Shown one piece after another: positions 30,202 to 39,927 of a stretch of DNA of 39,927 nt (within the stretch, counting starts at the first letter, position 1; each line of letters starts with the position of its first letter). The translations under genes were made by a program, and so were the position numbers. Under the pieces are notes generated by a model. The model saw nothing but the letters and a program-made list of their open reading frames with translations. It was not told where the DNA came from and searched no databases. The stretch is from a virus. Taxonomy: Duplodnaviria; Heunggongvirae; Uroviricota; Caudoviricetes. The stretch is taken from the IMG/VR virus record IMGVR_UViG_2711768036_000007; one strand, written 5' to 3'.

Positions 30202-31533
30202 ATGGCTACTTGGCAAGGAACAAACGGCGGATTGTTGGCTGGTATCGGCGGCGTCAACTCAAACGCTCCGAGCGCAAATGACATCGGCAATACGCTTCAG
30301 TTTATCAGGCAGAACAATGATATTGAGCGTTCAGGCGCTAACAATGTTGGGCTGACTGCTTTGCAAGGTCTTTCAGGTATTGCAGGGGTGTTTCAGCAGG
30401 AAAAGCAGGCTCAGCGGCAGAAAGAATTTCAGCAGGCGTACGCTAATGCTTATGCGTCTGGTGATCGCGGTGCTTTGCGTCAGTTGGCTACTCAATATCC
30501 AGACCAGATTGAATCCGTTCGTAAAGGCATGGGATTCATTGATGAAGAGCAGCGTAATTCTATCGGCACCTTAGCGGCTGGCGCACGCCTTGCGTCATCG
30601 TCTCCAGAAGCAATGCAATCATGGCTGCAAAACAACGCCGGTGAGTTAGCTCGTGTTGGCGTTAATCCTCATGACGTCGCTCAGATGTACCAACAGAACC
30701 CGCGGCAGTTCGGCGAATTTGTCGATCACCTGGGGATGAACAGTCTCGGGCCCGAAAAATACTTTGACCTACAGGATAAAATGCAGGGTCGCCAGGTTAC
30801 CATGCGCGGTCAGGATCTGGATTCGCAAACCGCCGCTCGGAATCAGGCAATCACAATGCGCGGACAAGATATCCAGGCGAATTTAGGTCAGCAGCGCATT
30901 AATCTGGACGCAGAAACAAACCGCATTAACAACGAAAATAAGCGCCTTGACCGGATGCTATTAGCAGAAACTAACGACCTGAAGCGCCAGGAAATACAGA
31001 GCCGCATAGCAGCCAACAACCAGCAGTTGCAGCAGAAGCAGCAAGCGCTAAATGATGGCTACAAAGACGGCATCAACACCCTCACAACCAGCATGTTCAC
31101 TCTGAACGATATCGTTAGTTCTCCTTCACTTAAGAGCATTACAGGCTTACGTGGAGTAATCCCCAACGTTCCAGGCTCACAGGCTGCAGACACTCAGGCA
31201 CGACTTGATACCTTTAAATCCCAAGCATACCTGACAGCGGTTCAGGCCATGCGAGGCATGGGCGCACTTTCTGATGCCGAGGGCAAAAAGCTCGACCAGG
31301 CTGTTGGTTCGCTGCAGAACTCGCAGAGCGAGGAGTCCTTTCGTCGCAACGCTGGCGTCATCCTGAACACGCTCAACCAGAAGCGTAATGAGGCGGTTGG
31401 TAAGTACGTTCAGCAAAACGGTATCAAGCGAGTGGAAGCGCCTCAGGCTTCTATAGATTACCTGAAGCAGCACCCCGAGCTGTCAATCGACTTCATTAAT
31501 CGCTACGGATATCTTCCATCTTTGGGGCAGTAA
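30202..31533 (+). CDS. Ejection protein (P22 gp20-like)
   Basis: 443 aa, position as gp20. Confidence 0.65.
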   Translation: MATWQGTNGGLLAGIGGVNSNAPSANDIGNTLQFIRQNNDIERSGANNVGLTALQGLSGIAGVFQQEKQAQRQKEFQQAYANAYASGDRGALRQLATQYPDQIESVRKGMGFIDEEQRNSIGTLAAGARLASSSPEAMQSWLQNNAGELARVGVNPHDVAQMYQQNPRQFGEFVDHLGMNSLGPEKYFDLQDKMQGRQVTMRGQDLDSQTAARNQAITMRGQDIQANLGQQRINLDAETNRINNENKRLDRMLLAETNDLKRQEIQSRIAANNQQLQQKQQALNDGYKDGINTLTTSMFTLNDIVSSPSLKSITGLRGVIPNVPGSQAADTQARLDTFKSQAYLTAVQAMRGMGALSDAEGKKLDQAVGSLQNSQSEESFRRNAGVILNTLNQKRNEAVGKYVQQNGIKRVEAPQASIDYLKQHPELSIDFINRYGYLPSLGQ

Positions 31534-34161
31534 ATGGCTAATTACCGTGATTTGTTAGAGCAGGCTGGCGCACGTTACGGTGTGCCAGAAGGGTTGATGA
31601 CTGCACTGGGTGCCAAGGAGTCTTCTTACAACCCTGCCGCAGTAAGCTCCGCCGGGGCTGTAGGATTGACTCAGGTCATGCCTGGGACATGGCGTGATAT
31701 GGGTTATACCGATGAGCAAATGCAAAACCCCGAATATCAGGCTGACGCTGGCGCGCGCTATCTGGCAAAGATGTACCAGCAGTTTGGTAACTGGCGTGAC
31801 GCTCTTCAGGCTTATCACGACGGTCCCGGCAACGTTATGAAGGCAAAGCGTGGTGAATATACGCCAGGACCTGAAGGCCGCGGTTACGTTGATGATCGCT
31901 TTGCTCAATGGGCGGGTGACCCGGTGACAGACTCAACAGTCGAACAGCGCGCCACCTCTGCAAAGGTACATCCTCAGCAAGACCCTAACAACCCGTTTGC
32001 ACAACTGGAAGTACAGTCATCCGAACAAGTATCAGCATCAGGTGTGCAGTCAGACCCAAATAATCCATTTGCTCAGATTGAGCAGCAGGCAGCCAGTCAG
32101 CAGCCACCTCAACCCGTAAGTTCTGTCGCACCGAAACCTGTTCAGCAACAAACAGTTAATCAGGCCAATAATGAACCAGCACGTGAAGAACCATCATTGA
32201 TGCAACAAGCTGGCGATTGGCTCACAGGTGGTCAAAGTGCAGGGCAAATTGCAGAGCAGGCTGGTCGTGGTCTGGTAAACATACCATTCGACGTATTACA
32301 GGGCGGCGCAAGCCTGATTAATGCAATCAGTCAGGGGCTTGGTGGCCCCAAGGTTTTGGATGATGTTTATCGCCCTGTCGATCGACCGACAGACCCTTAC
32401 GCACAAGCCGGTGAAACAATTGGTGGGTATCTCCTGCCAATTGGCACAGCGGCAAAAGCTGCTGGAGCGACAGCAAAGCTCGCAGGAGACATCGGTTCCG
32501 CAGGAAACATGATTGCCGGTTCTCTTGCTGATGCTGCAAATCAGGAGGGTGATTTTGCACAAAATGCTGCCATTAACGGTGGTATCAATATTGGTGCTCA
32601 AGGCGTTATTTCAGGTGTCGGGCGCGTTATTGCGCCAAGGGTTTCACAGGCTCTTGGTGGTGCAGCACTGAATTCTGCTAATGATGTTTCCAGGATGGCA
32701 AAGTCAGGTGCTGGGCGTCAGTCAATTGCCAGTCAGGCCGCTAATGTGTCCGAAGATGTAGCAAAAGCGGCTGAGTCTGCTGGAATTGATATAAACGCAT
32801 TAACACCAGGAATGCGATCTGGAAGTCGTGGAATTGCACAAGCCGAAGGCGCATTGGCATCAACACCAGGGATTGTTCAGGATGCCCATCAGGCAGCATT
32901 TAACGAAATATCATCAAAGTTAAGTCGAAACCTTGATGAATTTGGGGCCGCATCTGGAACGGCATCAGAAAAAAGTGCGGCTATAAAACAAAGGATTCTT
33001 CAAAATCTTGATCAGATGAAGGATGCTGAGCGCGCGGCATGGGATGACGTGCGGTCAACAATGCCAAATCAAAAAGCAAGAATGCTAAATGGTAATGCCG
33101 TTATTCAGGCAGAGCGATCTGCTGGCATACCGCTTACTCCTGAAATGAAACAGTTTGTTCAGGCAAACAATCAAGGTGGAGTAACATTTGATGGCATGAA
33201 AGCATGGAGAGCGAAATTTGCTGATGCGGAGCAAAAATATAAGCGTAGCGGAGAGGTAAATGCGGCAAGGAGAGCAGGGGAAATACGTCGGGCAATTACT
33301 GATGATATGCGCACAATGGCGGAAAACGGCGGATTTTTTGATGACTGGCAAAAAGCTAATGATCTGTCTAAAGCGAGGCTATCCGCACAAGAGAGTGCAG
33401 AGTCTGTTTTTGGGCGTGATTTGGCAACAGATGCACTGATTACGAATGGAGTAAAATCTCTTCAATCATCGTCAGCTAAAGGTCTTAATGGTCCTGCTGG
33501 ATTCCATTCTATGATCCGCGCGCTGCCAGAATCAGAGCGCGTTCCTGCTATATCATCAATGTTGCAGGATGCTATCTCGCATGGTGTACGTGGTGGCAAA
33601 TCTGATGCAGCAGGAATTAACCATATCGCAGGGATACTTACCCCACAAAATGTAAAAGCCATTAGCAGATATTCCTCAGAACTTGGAAGAATTGCTGATG
33701 CATATGGCACTCTTGCAAGAGCAGCAGTGAAACCTCAGCAGTATATTGAAAGAACAGGGAGAACTGCCAATGTACTACGCGATCTGGATGCTGGTTTATC
33801 CAACGTCACATCAACAGTGTTAAATGCAATTGCCAACTCAACATCAGGTGCCATTGTTGGTGGCGCTGGAGGGGGTATTGCAGGCGCTGCCGCGGGTGCT
33901 TTAGTTGGCGCCGGGTTAAAAGGCGCTGTATCTAAAATTGCCACCACACGTAGTGGTCGATATGCGATAGAGAAAGCTGTTCAGGAAGCCACCAAAGCAG
34001 TAAGAGCAGGCGGAAGCAAAGAAGCATTAGCGGCGGCGGAACGCAGATTTATAGCAAATAAAGCCGCCGTAAAAGCAATACGCGATGCTATTGGTAGCGA
34101 TGAATTCAATCGCTTGTCGAGAGCTGGTATTGTCGCCTCGTTAAGCGGTATGAATGAATAG
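31534..34161 (+). CDS. Ejection protein (gp16 position) with N-terminal lytic transglycosylase (SLT) domain
   Basis: 875 aa; N-terminal GAKESSYNP...[10 protein letters not shown]...YHDGPG resembles SLT domain. Confidence 0.65.
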   Translation: MANYRDLLEQAGARYGVPEGLMTALGAKESSYNPAAVSSAGAVGLTQVMPGTWRDMGYTDEQMQNPEYQADAGARYLAKMYQQFGNWRDALQAYHDGPGNVMKAKRGEYTPGPEGRGYVDDRFAQWAGDPVTDSTVEQRATSAKVHPQQDPNNPFAQLEVQSSEQVSASGVQSDPNNPFAQIEQQAASQQPPQPVSSVAPKPVQQQTVNQANNEPAREEPSLMQQAGDWLTGGQSAGQIAEQAGRGLVNIPFDVLQGGASLINAISQGLGGPKVLDDVYRPVDRPTDPYAQAGETIGGYLLPIGTAAKAAGATAKLAGDIGSAGNMIAGSLADAANQEGDFAQNAAINGGINIGAQGVISGVGRVIAPRVSQALGGAALNSANDVSRMAKSGAGRQSIASQAANVSEDVAKAAESAGIDINALTPGMRSGSRGIAQAEGALASTPGIVQDAHQAAFNEISSKLSRNLDEFGAASGTASEKSAAIKQRILQNLDQMKDAERAAWDDVRSTMPNQKARMLNGNAVIQAERSAGIPLTPEMKQFVQANNQGGVTFDGMKAWRAKFADAEQKYKRSGEVNAARRAGEIRRAITDDMRTMAENGGFFDDWQKANDLSKARLSAQESAESVFGRDLATDALITNGVKSLQSSSAKGLNGPAGFHSMIRALPESERVPAISSMLQDAISHGVRGGKSDAAGINHIAGILTPQNVKAISRYSSELGRIADAYGTLARAAVKPQQYIERTGRTANVLRDLDAGLSNVTSTVLNAIANSTSGAIVGGAGGGIAGAAAGALVGAGLKGAVSKIATTRSGRYAIEKAVQEATKAVRAGGSKEALAAAERRFIANKAAVKAIRDAIGSDEFNRLSRAGIVASLSGMNE

Positions 34162-34163
34162 CT

Positions 34164-34649
34164 TTATCTAATGTTGCTGCTACTGTTGCATGTGACGGTG
34201 TTTCCAAATCCTGAATTGCAGTTTGTATATGTGTCAACGCGCGTTGGGTAAGGTTGAGTTATAACAGGCTGGCGCGCTTTTTGCTCGATCGCTTGCATTG
34301 TGTTTACAGCCTGATAATTCAACAAAGCCTGCTGGAATGCTTGGCTTTGTGCTATTTGTTGGGCTTGTTCTTGGCTTTGTAATTGAACATAAAGATTCTG
34401 AAGCTCAAGTCTTGCCTGTGCGTCACTTATCTTGCCTTCATCGACACCTTGCCCGAGCATCTTTGCAGCAAGGACATACAGCTTAGGTGTTGGTGCTGAT
34501 GCCATGCGTGAGTCGTTCTTCACACTGGCATCAAGGCAATTAGCCATATCGCTAAGCTTTTGATAGCGTTGTTCGCAACTTGCTTGATAGTCACTTACTT
34601 TTGCGCATCCAACCAGCAGAAGCGGGATAATTAACAGTGATTTTTTCAT
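34164..34649 (-). CDS. Lipoprotein, Gln-rich, at the sieA position downstream of mnt
   Basis: From internal Met with AAGGAG RBS: signal MKKSLLIIPLLLVGC (lipobox LVGC); 161 aa; converges on end of ejection gene. Confidence 0.65.
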   Translation of the reverse strand: MKKSLLIIPLLLVGCAKVSDYQASCEQRYQKLSDMANCLDASVKNDSRMASAPTPKLYVLAAKMLGQGVDEGKISDAQARLELQNLYVQLQSQEQAQQIAQSQAFQQALLNYQAVNTMQAIEQKARQPVITQPYPTRVDTYTNCNSGFGNTVTCNSSSNIR

Positions 34650-34719
34650 ATGGTTAACTCTCCTTAGTTTTTCACAGGATATCATGAAGGCAATGCCATT
34701 TTAGCCGGAAACTAGATTT

Positions 34720-34986
34720 CTATGTTTCCTTTTTATTATTGATATACATGGTCTTAAGCGTTTCAAAAACCATTTTCTTAACCATATCAGATTGTTGTTC
34801 TGCTATACGCTCTGCATCGTCAATGTAAACGGATGCAGAGCTTTGTTTAGCCAATGATTCTTCAATCGCTGCAATTATCTCTGAGTTCAGCGACCTGTTA
34901 TTCATCTTTGCACGCTGTTTAATTTTCGCGTGGAGTTCATGCGGAAGTCTCAAGTGAAACTGCGCCTCGTCGTATTTGCTGTACAT
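34720..34986 (-). CDS. mnt: Mnt-like repressor (ribbon-helix-helix, Arc/MetJ family)
   Basis: From internal Met: FHLRLPHELHAKIKQRAKMNNRSLNSEII...DDAERIAEQQSDMVKKMVFETLK resembles P22 Mnt (NDAERLADEQSELVKKMVFDTLK). Confidence 0.7.
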   Translation of the reverse strand: MYSKYDEAQFHLRLPHELHAKIKQRAKMNNRSLNSEIIAAIEESLAKQSSASVYIDDAERIAEQQSDMVKKMVFETLKTMYINNKKET

Positions 34987-35121
34987 CCGTGATGCCTCAC
35001 CAGTTGGGTGGAATGGCATCGTAAAACCTACTGTACAAATCAACAATCGTACCATTTCGGTATGTAACAAATGCCAACCGTAGCCATGCTGCGGCGATTC
35101 CTTGTATCTGGAGCAAATTAA

Positions 35122-37359
35122 ATGACAGACATTACAGCCAATGTGATCGTATCAATGCCTTCGCAACTCTTCACTATGGCGCGTTCTTTTAAAGCCGTAG
35201 CCAATGGCAAAATTTATATCGGTAAAATTGACACTGACCCGGTAAATCCTGAAAACCAGATTCAGGTTTATGTAGAGAATGAAGACGGTTCTCACGTTCC
35301 TGTTTCTCAACCAATCATCATTAACGCTGCTGGTTACCCTGTATATAACGGACAGATTGCCAAATTCGTTACCGTGCAAGGCCATTCTATGGCTGTTTAT
35401 GATGCGTATGGTGCACAGCAGTTCTATTTTTCGAATGTGCTGAAGTATGACCCTGACCAACTCAGGCAAGATCTTGCATCTCAAGGAGGTGTTAATCTGG
35501 TAAACGGAGCTATCTCACAGGAAGATCTTGTTTTGCAGTCGATCACAAAAATTCCAAGTTATGATAATTCTAACGTAGTCCAGGCGTGGCGCGATAGTGT
35601 TGCGACCTACGGGTATGTTTACTTCTCTAATCATTCAAAAAATCAGATGGTGTACACCGTACCGTCTACAGCTGCTAACGCTTCTTTCCTTGCGAACAGT
35701 AAAGTAATCATTGATAAAAATGTCACCCTGAGATTCGACAGTGATCTGTACTCACTGTTTAAATCGTTGCAGTACGAGGGGGAGGGTACGTTTGAATTTA
35801 CGCACCTGAACTTTAAAGCAACCGGTGGAGAAGTGGATTATCTGGCTAAGCAGGCCATCCTCAACCGAAACCCTATTCGCATGAAGCGAGTGGAATGGTC
35901 AGATTGTAAAGTTTATTCCATAAATGGTGACACGTTCTTCTATGAAGGTGAAGTCACCATATCCTCAGATAGCGCAGCTATCTTCCCCTTAACTACTGAC
36001 CGTACAACAGGCCTGTTCGCACCAATAGATATTGGAGAGCATATTTCTGCACATATTCGTATGGAATCTCAGGCCGCCTCAGAAGTTGGGATTGTTCTGC
36101 GATGCTCTGGTGGTTGGATGATGTTCTATGGGGCACCAGGTGCTACACAGTGGTCTTATAGACAGAAACCAATTGGTGGTCCAGTAGCAGAAGGAACTCC
36201 ATTCCCGCTGCCAGGAGGTTTACTGTCGTACGCCCCGGGCAAAGCAACCGTTGGCGTATCACTGCAAGGTAAAAACTGGGCGCAGATAACGATGAATGGC
36301 GTTGGGATACGCTTGCCCTTTGATACTGCTGATGTAGGGGATGTATACGAAGTTGGGTTTGTTGCACTGACCCCGGCATCTGGAGGTTCTGCGCGTGTAA
36401 CTGGATTATGCAGCTACACCTCTGATAATGGTGTGCACGGTAAGCCTCCACTTAATATCCTTATCCACGGTGATAGTACAGCTGAGGATTTCATTTCCGC
36501 GTTCAGCTCGTACATTCCGCAATTAATGGATGGAGCGAACGGCCACCGTTCACATAGCATTGTAAACAAGGCAGTTGCCGGACAGACAATGAGGCAACAG
36601 TTAGATCTCCTGAAGGCTCAGGGGCCGGGTGATGCTTACATCGTTATTATGGTTGCCGGAACTAACGAAGGGCAGGCAAACCAAAACGGCGATTATATGG
36701 CGGCACTGATAGATGAGTTTGTCTTATATTGCAATGGCCTTGGTCGTATCCCTGTTTGGGTTGAGCCGTGGATGTGGTATAGCCAGTCATTTATTGGCGG
36801 TGCTGGTCAACCATCAGCAAATTACGATGGTGTTGCGGAGTTACGCGAGGCTGGTAAACGCCAGATGATGAAATATGGCAATAACGTCATTTGTGTAACA
36901 ACAACTCACCAGCTCCCGGCCCCATATCCAGAGTATTTCAACACGCAATACGACCCACTTCTGCGTGATGACATTCACCAAAGCCAGTTAGGGTATCGTC
37001 TGTATGCGGAAATTATCTGCTCTGCCATTATCGACTGGTGGTCGCGTGTTGATTACACGCCAAGAGCAGCTGTTCAATGGTGGGCTGGAACAAACGTAAC
37101 AGTACAGGAACCGTCAAGTTTAACTGCCAATTCAATTAATATTAAACTGGCAGCCACTTCATTTGCGAATGGCAATACTGTTCTAACGCTTCCGAGGTGG
37201 TGCAGACCAAAAGTAACCAAAAATGTCCCTGTACCGTTCACTGCTGATGGCGTTTCATTTGGCATGGCAATGGCCACCATTAATGCTTCAACAGGACAAA
37301 TATCGATTGAAGGGTCCACCACTACATCTCCAACGTTCTACATAGATGCGACATGGTAG
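35122..37359 (+). CDS. Tailspike: P22-type N-terminal head-binding domain fused to a domain with SGNH-esterase signature
   Basis: N-terminus [43 protein letters not shown] resembles P22 gp9; downstream blocks IHGDS, VAGQT, GTNE, DDIHQS fit SGNH blocks I, II, III, V. Confidence 0.8.
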   Translation: MTDITANVIVSMPSQLFTMARSFKAVANGKIYIGKIDTDPVNPENQIQVYVENEDGSHVPVSQPIIINAAGYPVYNGQIAKFVTVQGHSMAVYDAYGAQQFYFSNVLKYDPDQLRQDLASQGGVNLVNGAISQEDLVLQSITKIPSYDNSNVVQAWRDSVATYGYVYFSNHSKNQMVYTVPSTAANASFLANSKVIIDKNVTLRFDSDLYSLFKSLQYEGEGTFEFTHLNFKATGGEVDYLAKQAILNRNPIRMKRVEWSDCKVYSINGDTFFYEGEVTISSDSAAIFPLTTDRTTGLFAPIDIGEHISAHIRMESQAASEVGIVLRCSGGWMMFYGAPGATQWSYRQKPIGGPVAEGTPFPLPGGLLSYAPGKATVGVSLQGKNWAQITMNGVGIRLPFDTADVGDVYEVGFVALTPASGGSARVTGLCSYTSDNGVHGKPPLNILIHGDSTAEDFISAFSSYIPQLMDGANGHRSHSIVNKAVAGQTMRQQLDLLKAQGPGDAYIVIMVAGTNEGQANQNGDYMAALIDEFVLYCNGLGRIPVWVEPWMWYSQSFIGGAGQPSANYDGVAELREAGKRQMMKYGNNVICVTTTHQLPAPYPEYFNTQYDPLLRDDIHQSQLGYRLYAEIICSAIIDWWSRVDYTPRAAVQWWAGTNVTVQEPSSLTANSINIKLAATSFANGNTVLTLPRWCRPKVTKNVPVPFTADGVSFGMAMATINASTGQISIEGSTTTSPTFYIDATW

Positions 37360-37365
37360 TAAAAA

Positions 37366-37388
37366 CATGGAGGCAATACGCCTCCATG
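37366..37388. terminator. Perfect 8-bp hairpin between tailspike and int (U-run only for leftward transcripts)
   Basis: CATGGAGG-7nt-CCTCCATG; A-run upstream on plus strand. Confidence 0.4.
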
Positions 37389-37567
37389 CTAATAACTCAA
37401 ATGCTCTTAAAATACTCTTAAGGAGATGATCAGCGCTTTTATTAACATCAACCATCTATGTGCGTTATAGGTTAATTATCTCCATGTGATGGCAGACAAA
37501 ACTGAGACACACAAAGCTTTGCACTGGATTGCAAGGCTTTGTGCTCTTAGATAGTAGTTAAGGTGGA

Positions 37568-38761
37568 TCACTCCACCTTCCCATCAAGCCATTCCGCCCA
37601 CCACTGCATCATTTCTCTGCGCTTATCTAGATACTGAGCATGGTTGTAAATCCCGCGCACAGATCCGCCGTTGGCATGTGCAAGTTGCACTTCAATAGCG
37701 TCAGCAGGCCATTCGTGCTCGTTCATAATCGTGCTGAATTCATGCCTGAATCCGTGACCGCTTTCCAGACCCTCATAGCCGATTTGTTTAATCACAAGTA
37801 GCACCGCGTTCTCGCAGATTGGCTTCTTCTTATCGTTGCGTCCGGCAAAAACAAACTCTGATACTGGTTTGGTGATTGAGCTTAGCGTAGTGAGAAGTTC
37901 AACCACCTGGTCTGACATAGGAACCACATGAATTTTGCGTCCCTTCATCACACTGGCGTCGATAGTGATAATCCTGTTTTCAAAATCGACGTTCTTCCAT
38001 TGCATGGAACGAAGCTCTTTCGTTCTTAGGGCTGTGTAGCGTAAAACTTTGGTCGCAATGAGCGATACGATGCTTCCTGAAAATGTTGCCAGTGCTTTGT
38101 TGAATGCCGGGATCTGGTCTGCAGGAAGAAACGGGAAGTTCTTCTTGCGGTATCCCTTCATGGCGTCAGCAAGGTCAGGTGCCGGGTTATATTTAGCCCT
38201 TCCGGTGACAATAGCGTAACGGAAAACCTCGCCGCATCTTCTGCGTGCTTTGTTGGCTCGCTCCATTGCACCGCGATCTTCAAATCTGCGGATTACTTCC
38301 AGCAGTTGCATCGGCTCAATATCCTGAATCTCAAGACCGCCGATGATGGGTAAAATGTCGTCATCAAACATTTTTGCAAGTTCAGTCGCATACCCTACTG
38401 ACCAGACTTGCTTCTTGTGTTCGTACCATTCCTTGTAAATTGCACTAAAGGAATTGTTGTTAGACGAAGCCTTTTTCGCTTTTACCGGATCGATGCCAAC
38501 CGAGATGTCTTTCCTCGCAGTCCATGCTTTATCCCTTGCCTCCTGCAAAGTCATAAGCGGATATTTTCCTACGGTCAGGATTTTCTCCTTACCGTCAATC
38601 TTGTAGCGAAGCTGCCATACCTTTTTCCCTGACACAGGGACATAAAGGTACAGGCCATTACCATCGAGTAGGCGGTATGGTTTTTCTTTCGGCTTTGCTG
38701 CTTCAATCTGCTTAACGGTGAGCATGGGTAAAAATCCGGTGGGTAAAATTATTTTATCCAC
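37568..38761 (-). CDS. int: Tyrosine integrase (P4-type)
   Basis: 397 aa; C-terminal catalytic region with HGFRHEF and Y motif; next to att core and tRNA remnant. Confidence 0.9.
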   Translation of the reverse strand: MDKIILPTGFLPMLTVKQIEAAKPKEKPYRLLDGNGLYLYVPVSGKKVWQLRYKIDGKEKILTVGKYPLMTLQEARDKAWTARKDISVGIDPVKAKKASSNNNSFSAIYKEWYEHKKQVWSVGYATELAKMFDDDILPIIGGLEIQDIEPMQLLEVIRRFEDRGAMERANKARRRCGEVFRYAIVTGRAKYNPAPDLADAMKGYRKKNFPFLPADQIPAFNKALATFSGSIVSLIATKVLRYTALRTKELRSMQWKNVDFENRIITIDASVMKGRKIHVVPMSDQVVELLTTLSSITKPVSEFVFAGRNDKKKPICENAVLLVIKQIGYEGLESGHGFRHEFSTIMNEHEWPADAIEVQLAHANGGSVRGIYNHAQYLDKRREMMQWWAEWLDGKVE

Positions 38762-38770
38762 TTTTTACCC
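38726..38770. promoter_or_regulatory. Putative integrase arm-type repeats (GGGTAAAA x2 and TTTTACCC) overlapping int 5-prime end
   Basis: Same octamer as at 1764..1783. Confidence 0.4.
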
Positions 38771-38886
38771 GTCATGGAGTGCGGCTGTCAACGATCTGAC
38801 GCGAACCATTACGAACTGTGAATCTACGGAAGGCTTGATATTCAGGGGATTTTGCGGACTGGTACGGATGGGAGCGAACTGATAAA

Positions 38887-38901
38887 TGGTGTCCCCTGCA
38901 G
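38887..38901. repeat. Right attachment-site core (direct repeat)
   Basis: Exact 15-nt match to 1690..1704. Confidence 0.7.
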
Positions 38902-38919
38902 CCATTTAACTAAGAGGAC
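38887..38919 (-). tRNA. argW: argW tRNA-Arg(CCU) remnant: 5-prime 18 nt fused directly to 3-prime 15 nt (central ~42 nt absent)
   Basis: Minus strand reads GTCCTCTTAGTTAAATGG + CTGCAGGGGACACCA; both ends match argW as I recall it, but 33 nt cannot form a tRNA. Confidence 0.4.
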
Positions 38920-38994
38920 AATGCGGCATGAGTATACCCGCTAATGGACTGCGGGGTAAGTACGCTGCCGCTCGATTGCTTAAACCCTCGCCAT

Positions 38995-39927
38995 TTATGC
39001 TGGGTTTTTATCATTTTTCTTAATGTTTTCCGCACGTTCTGCTTTTTGGCGTGCTTCTGCTTTACGCTTGTTGCTCATGTCGTTACGAATCTGTGCATGA
39101 CTCATTAACGCGAAGATAAAGGTGCCGCCGCAGATGTTCCCCGCTAAAGTAGGTAGTGCGAAGGGCCAGATGAAATCGCTCCAGTGCAGCGTGCCGTTAA
39201 ACACCAGATAGAGGATTTCAACAGAACCGACAACGATGTGGGTGGTGTCACCCAGTGCAATAAGCCAGGTCATCAATATAATCACCACAATCTTTGCCGC
39301 ACCCGCAGCAGGAAACATCCAAACCATAGTGGCGATCAGCCAGCCGGAAATGATCGCGTTGGCAAACATCTCGCTGGGGGTGTTCTTCATCACATCCATG
39401 CCGATTTTGACAAATGCATCGCGAGTTTCTTCATTGAAGATAGGCATATATTCAAATGCCCATGCAGCAATACCTGTCCCGAGAATATTACCCAGCAGCA
39501 CGACGCCCCATAATCGCATAAGTAAGCCGACGTTGCTCATTGTCGGTTTTTGCATGACGGGTAGTACCGCAGTCACGGTGTTTTCGGTAAATAATTGCTG
39601 GCGGGCCATAATGACGATAATAAAACCAAAGGTATAACCGAGATTCTCCAGTAAGAAGCTGCCTGGCACTCCTTCCAGTTCGACATGAAATATCCCTTTT
39701 GCCAGTAGCGAAGCGCCCATCGACAGACCCGCCGCAATGGCTGACCACAGTAGCGCCATTGCGTCGCGTTCCAGCTCTTTTTCACCATCCTGGCGGATAT
39801 GCTCATGAATTGCCATCGCCCGGGAGGGGAGTCGGTCTTCATCTATTTCTATTTTTTTGCCGCGCTCTTTTTCTTCGCTCTCAACTTCAATTTCGTCGCT
39901 GTGTTGATCAATTTTGTCGTTGTCCAT
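38995..39927 (-). CDS. yfdC: Formate/nitrite transporter family inner-membrane protein, host gene
   Basis: 310 aa; matches my recollection of E. coli YfdC, which neighbours argW. Confidence 0.8.
   Translation of the reverse strand: MDNDKIDQHSDEIEVESEEKERGKKIEIDEDRLPSRAMAIHEHIRQDGEKELERDAMALLWSAIAAGLSMGASLLAKGIFHVELEGVPGSFLLENLGYTFGFIIVIMARQQLFTENTVTAVLPVMQKPTMSNVGLLMRLWGVVLLGNILGTGIAAWAFEYMPIFNEETRDAFVKIGMDVMKNTPSEMFANAIISGWLIATMVWMFPAAGAAKIVVIILMTWLIALGDTTHIVVGSVEILYLVFNGTLHWSDFIWPFALPTLAGNICGGTFIFALMSHAQIRNDMSNKRKAEARQKAERAENIKKNDKNPA

Larger units (their letters stand above)
1690..38901. mobile_element. P22/Sf6-like temperate prophage with lambda-type regulatory, nin and lysis modules, integrated at argW
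   Basis: Bounded by 15-bp direct repeat TGGTGTCCCCTGCAG; integrase next to right repeat; complete early, replication, lysis, head and tail gene sets between the repeats. Confidence 0.85.

Noticed and set aside
28637-33947. Several minus-strand ORFs (28637..28984, 31177..31473, 32296..32601, 33085..33351, 33462..33710, 33735..33947)
   Set aside because: All antisense to the tail-needle and ejection-protein genes; low-complexity translations from GC-rich sense strands
1-39927. CRISPR arrays, IS elements or transposases
   Set aside because: No regularly spaced repeat array or transposase-like ORF seen; the only short repeats are operators, nut sites, iterons, arm-type sites and the att core

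Overview
The window is dominated by one ~37.2 kb temperate prophage (about 1690..38901) integrated at the argW tRNA-Arg locus, between a host sucrose permease gene (cscB-like, 1..1248) and the host FNT-family transporter yfdC (38995..39927). The prophage is a mosaic: its packaging, head, tail-accessory, ejection and tailspike genes follow the P22/Sf6 order (terS, terL, portal, scaffold, coat, gp4, gp10, gp26, gp14, gp7, gp20, gp16, mnt, tailspike), while its regulation, nin and lysis modules are lambda-type (cIII, N, cI, cro, cII, O-like, ninB to ninI, Q, S, R, Rz/Rz1). Its ends are marked by a 15-bp direct repeat (1690..1704 and 38887..38901) with TTTTACCC arm-type repeats beside both, and a P4-type tyrosine integrase lies next to the right repeat. 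All identifications are from reading the translations and sequence by eye against remembered families; no searches were run. The most interesting loci are: a small membrane protein co-transcribed downstream of cI (rex/sieB position); a lipoprotein at the sieA position downstream of mnt, with arc/ant absent; a tailspike whose C-terminal part carries an SGNH-esterase signature; an argW gene that appears internally truncated to 33 nt; a tRNA-like 3-prime fragment between Q and the holin gene; and several short translationally coupled ORFs missing from the 60-aa ORF track.
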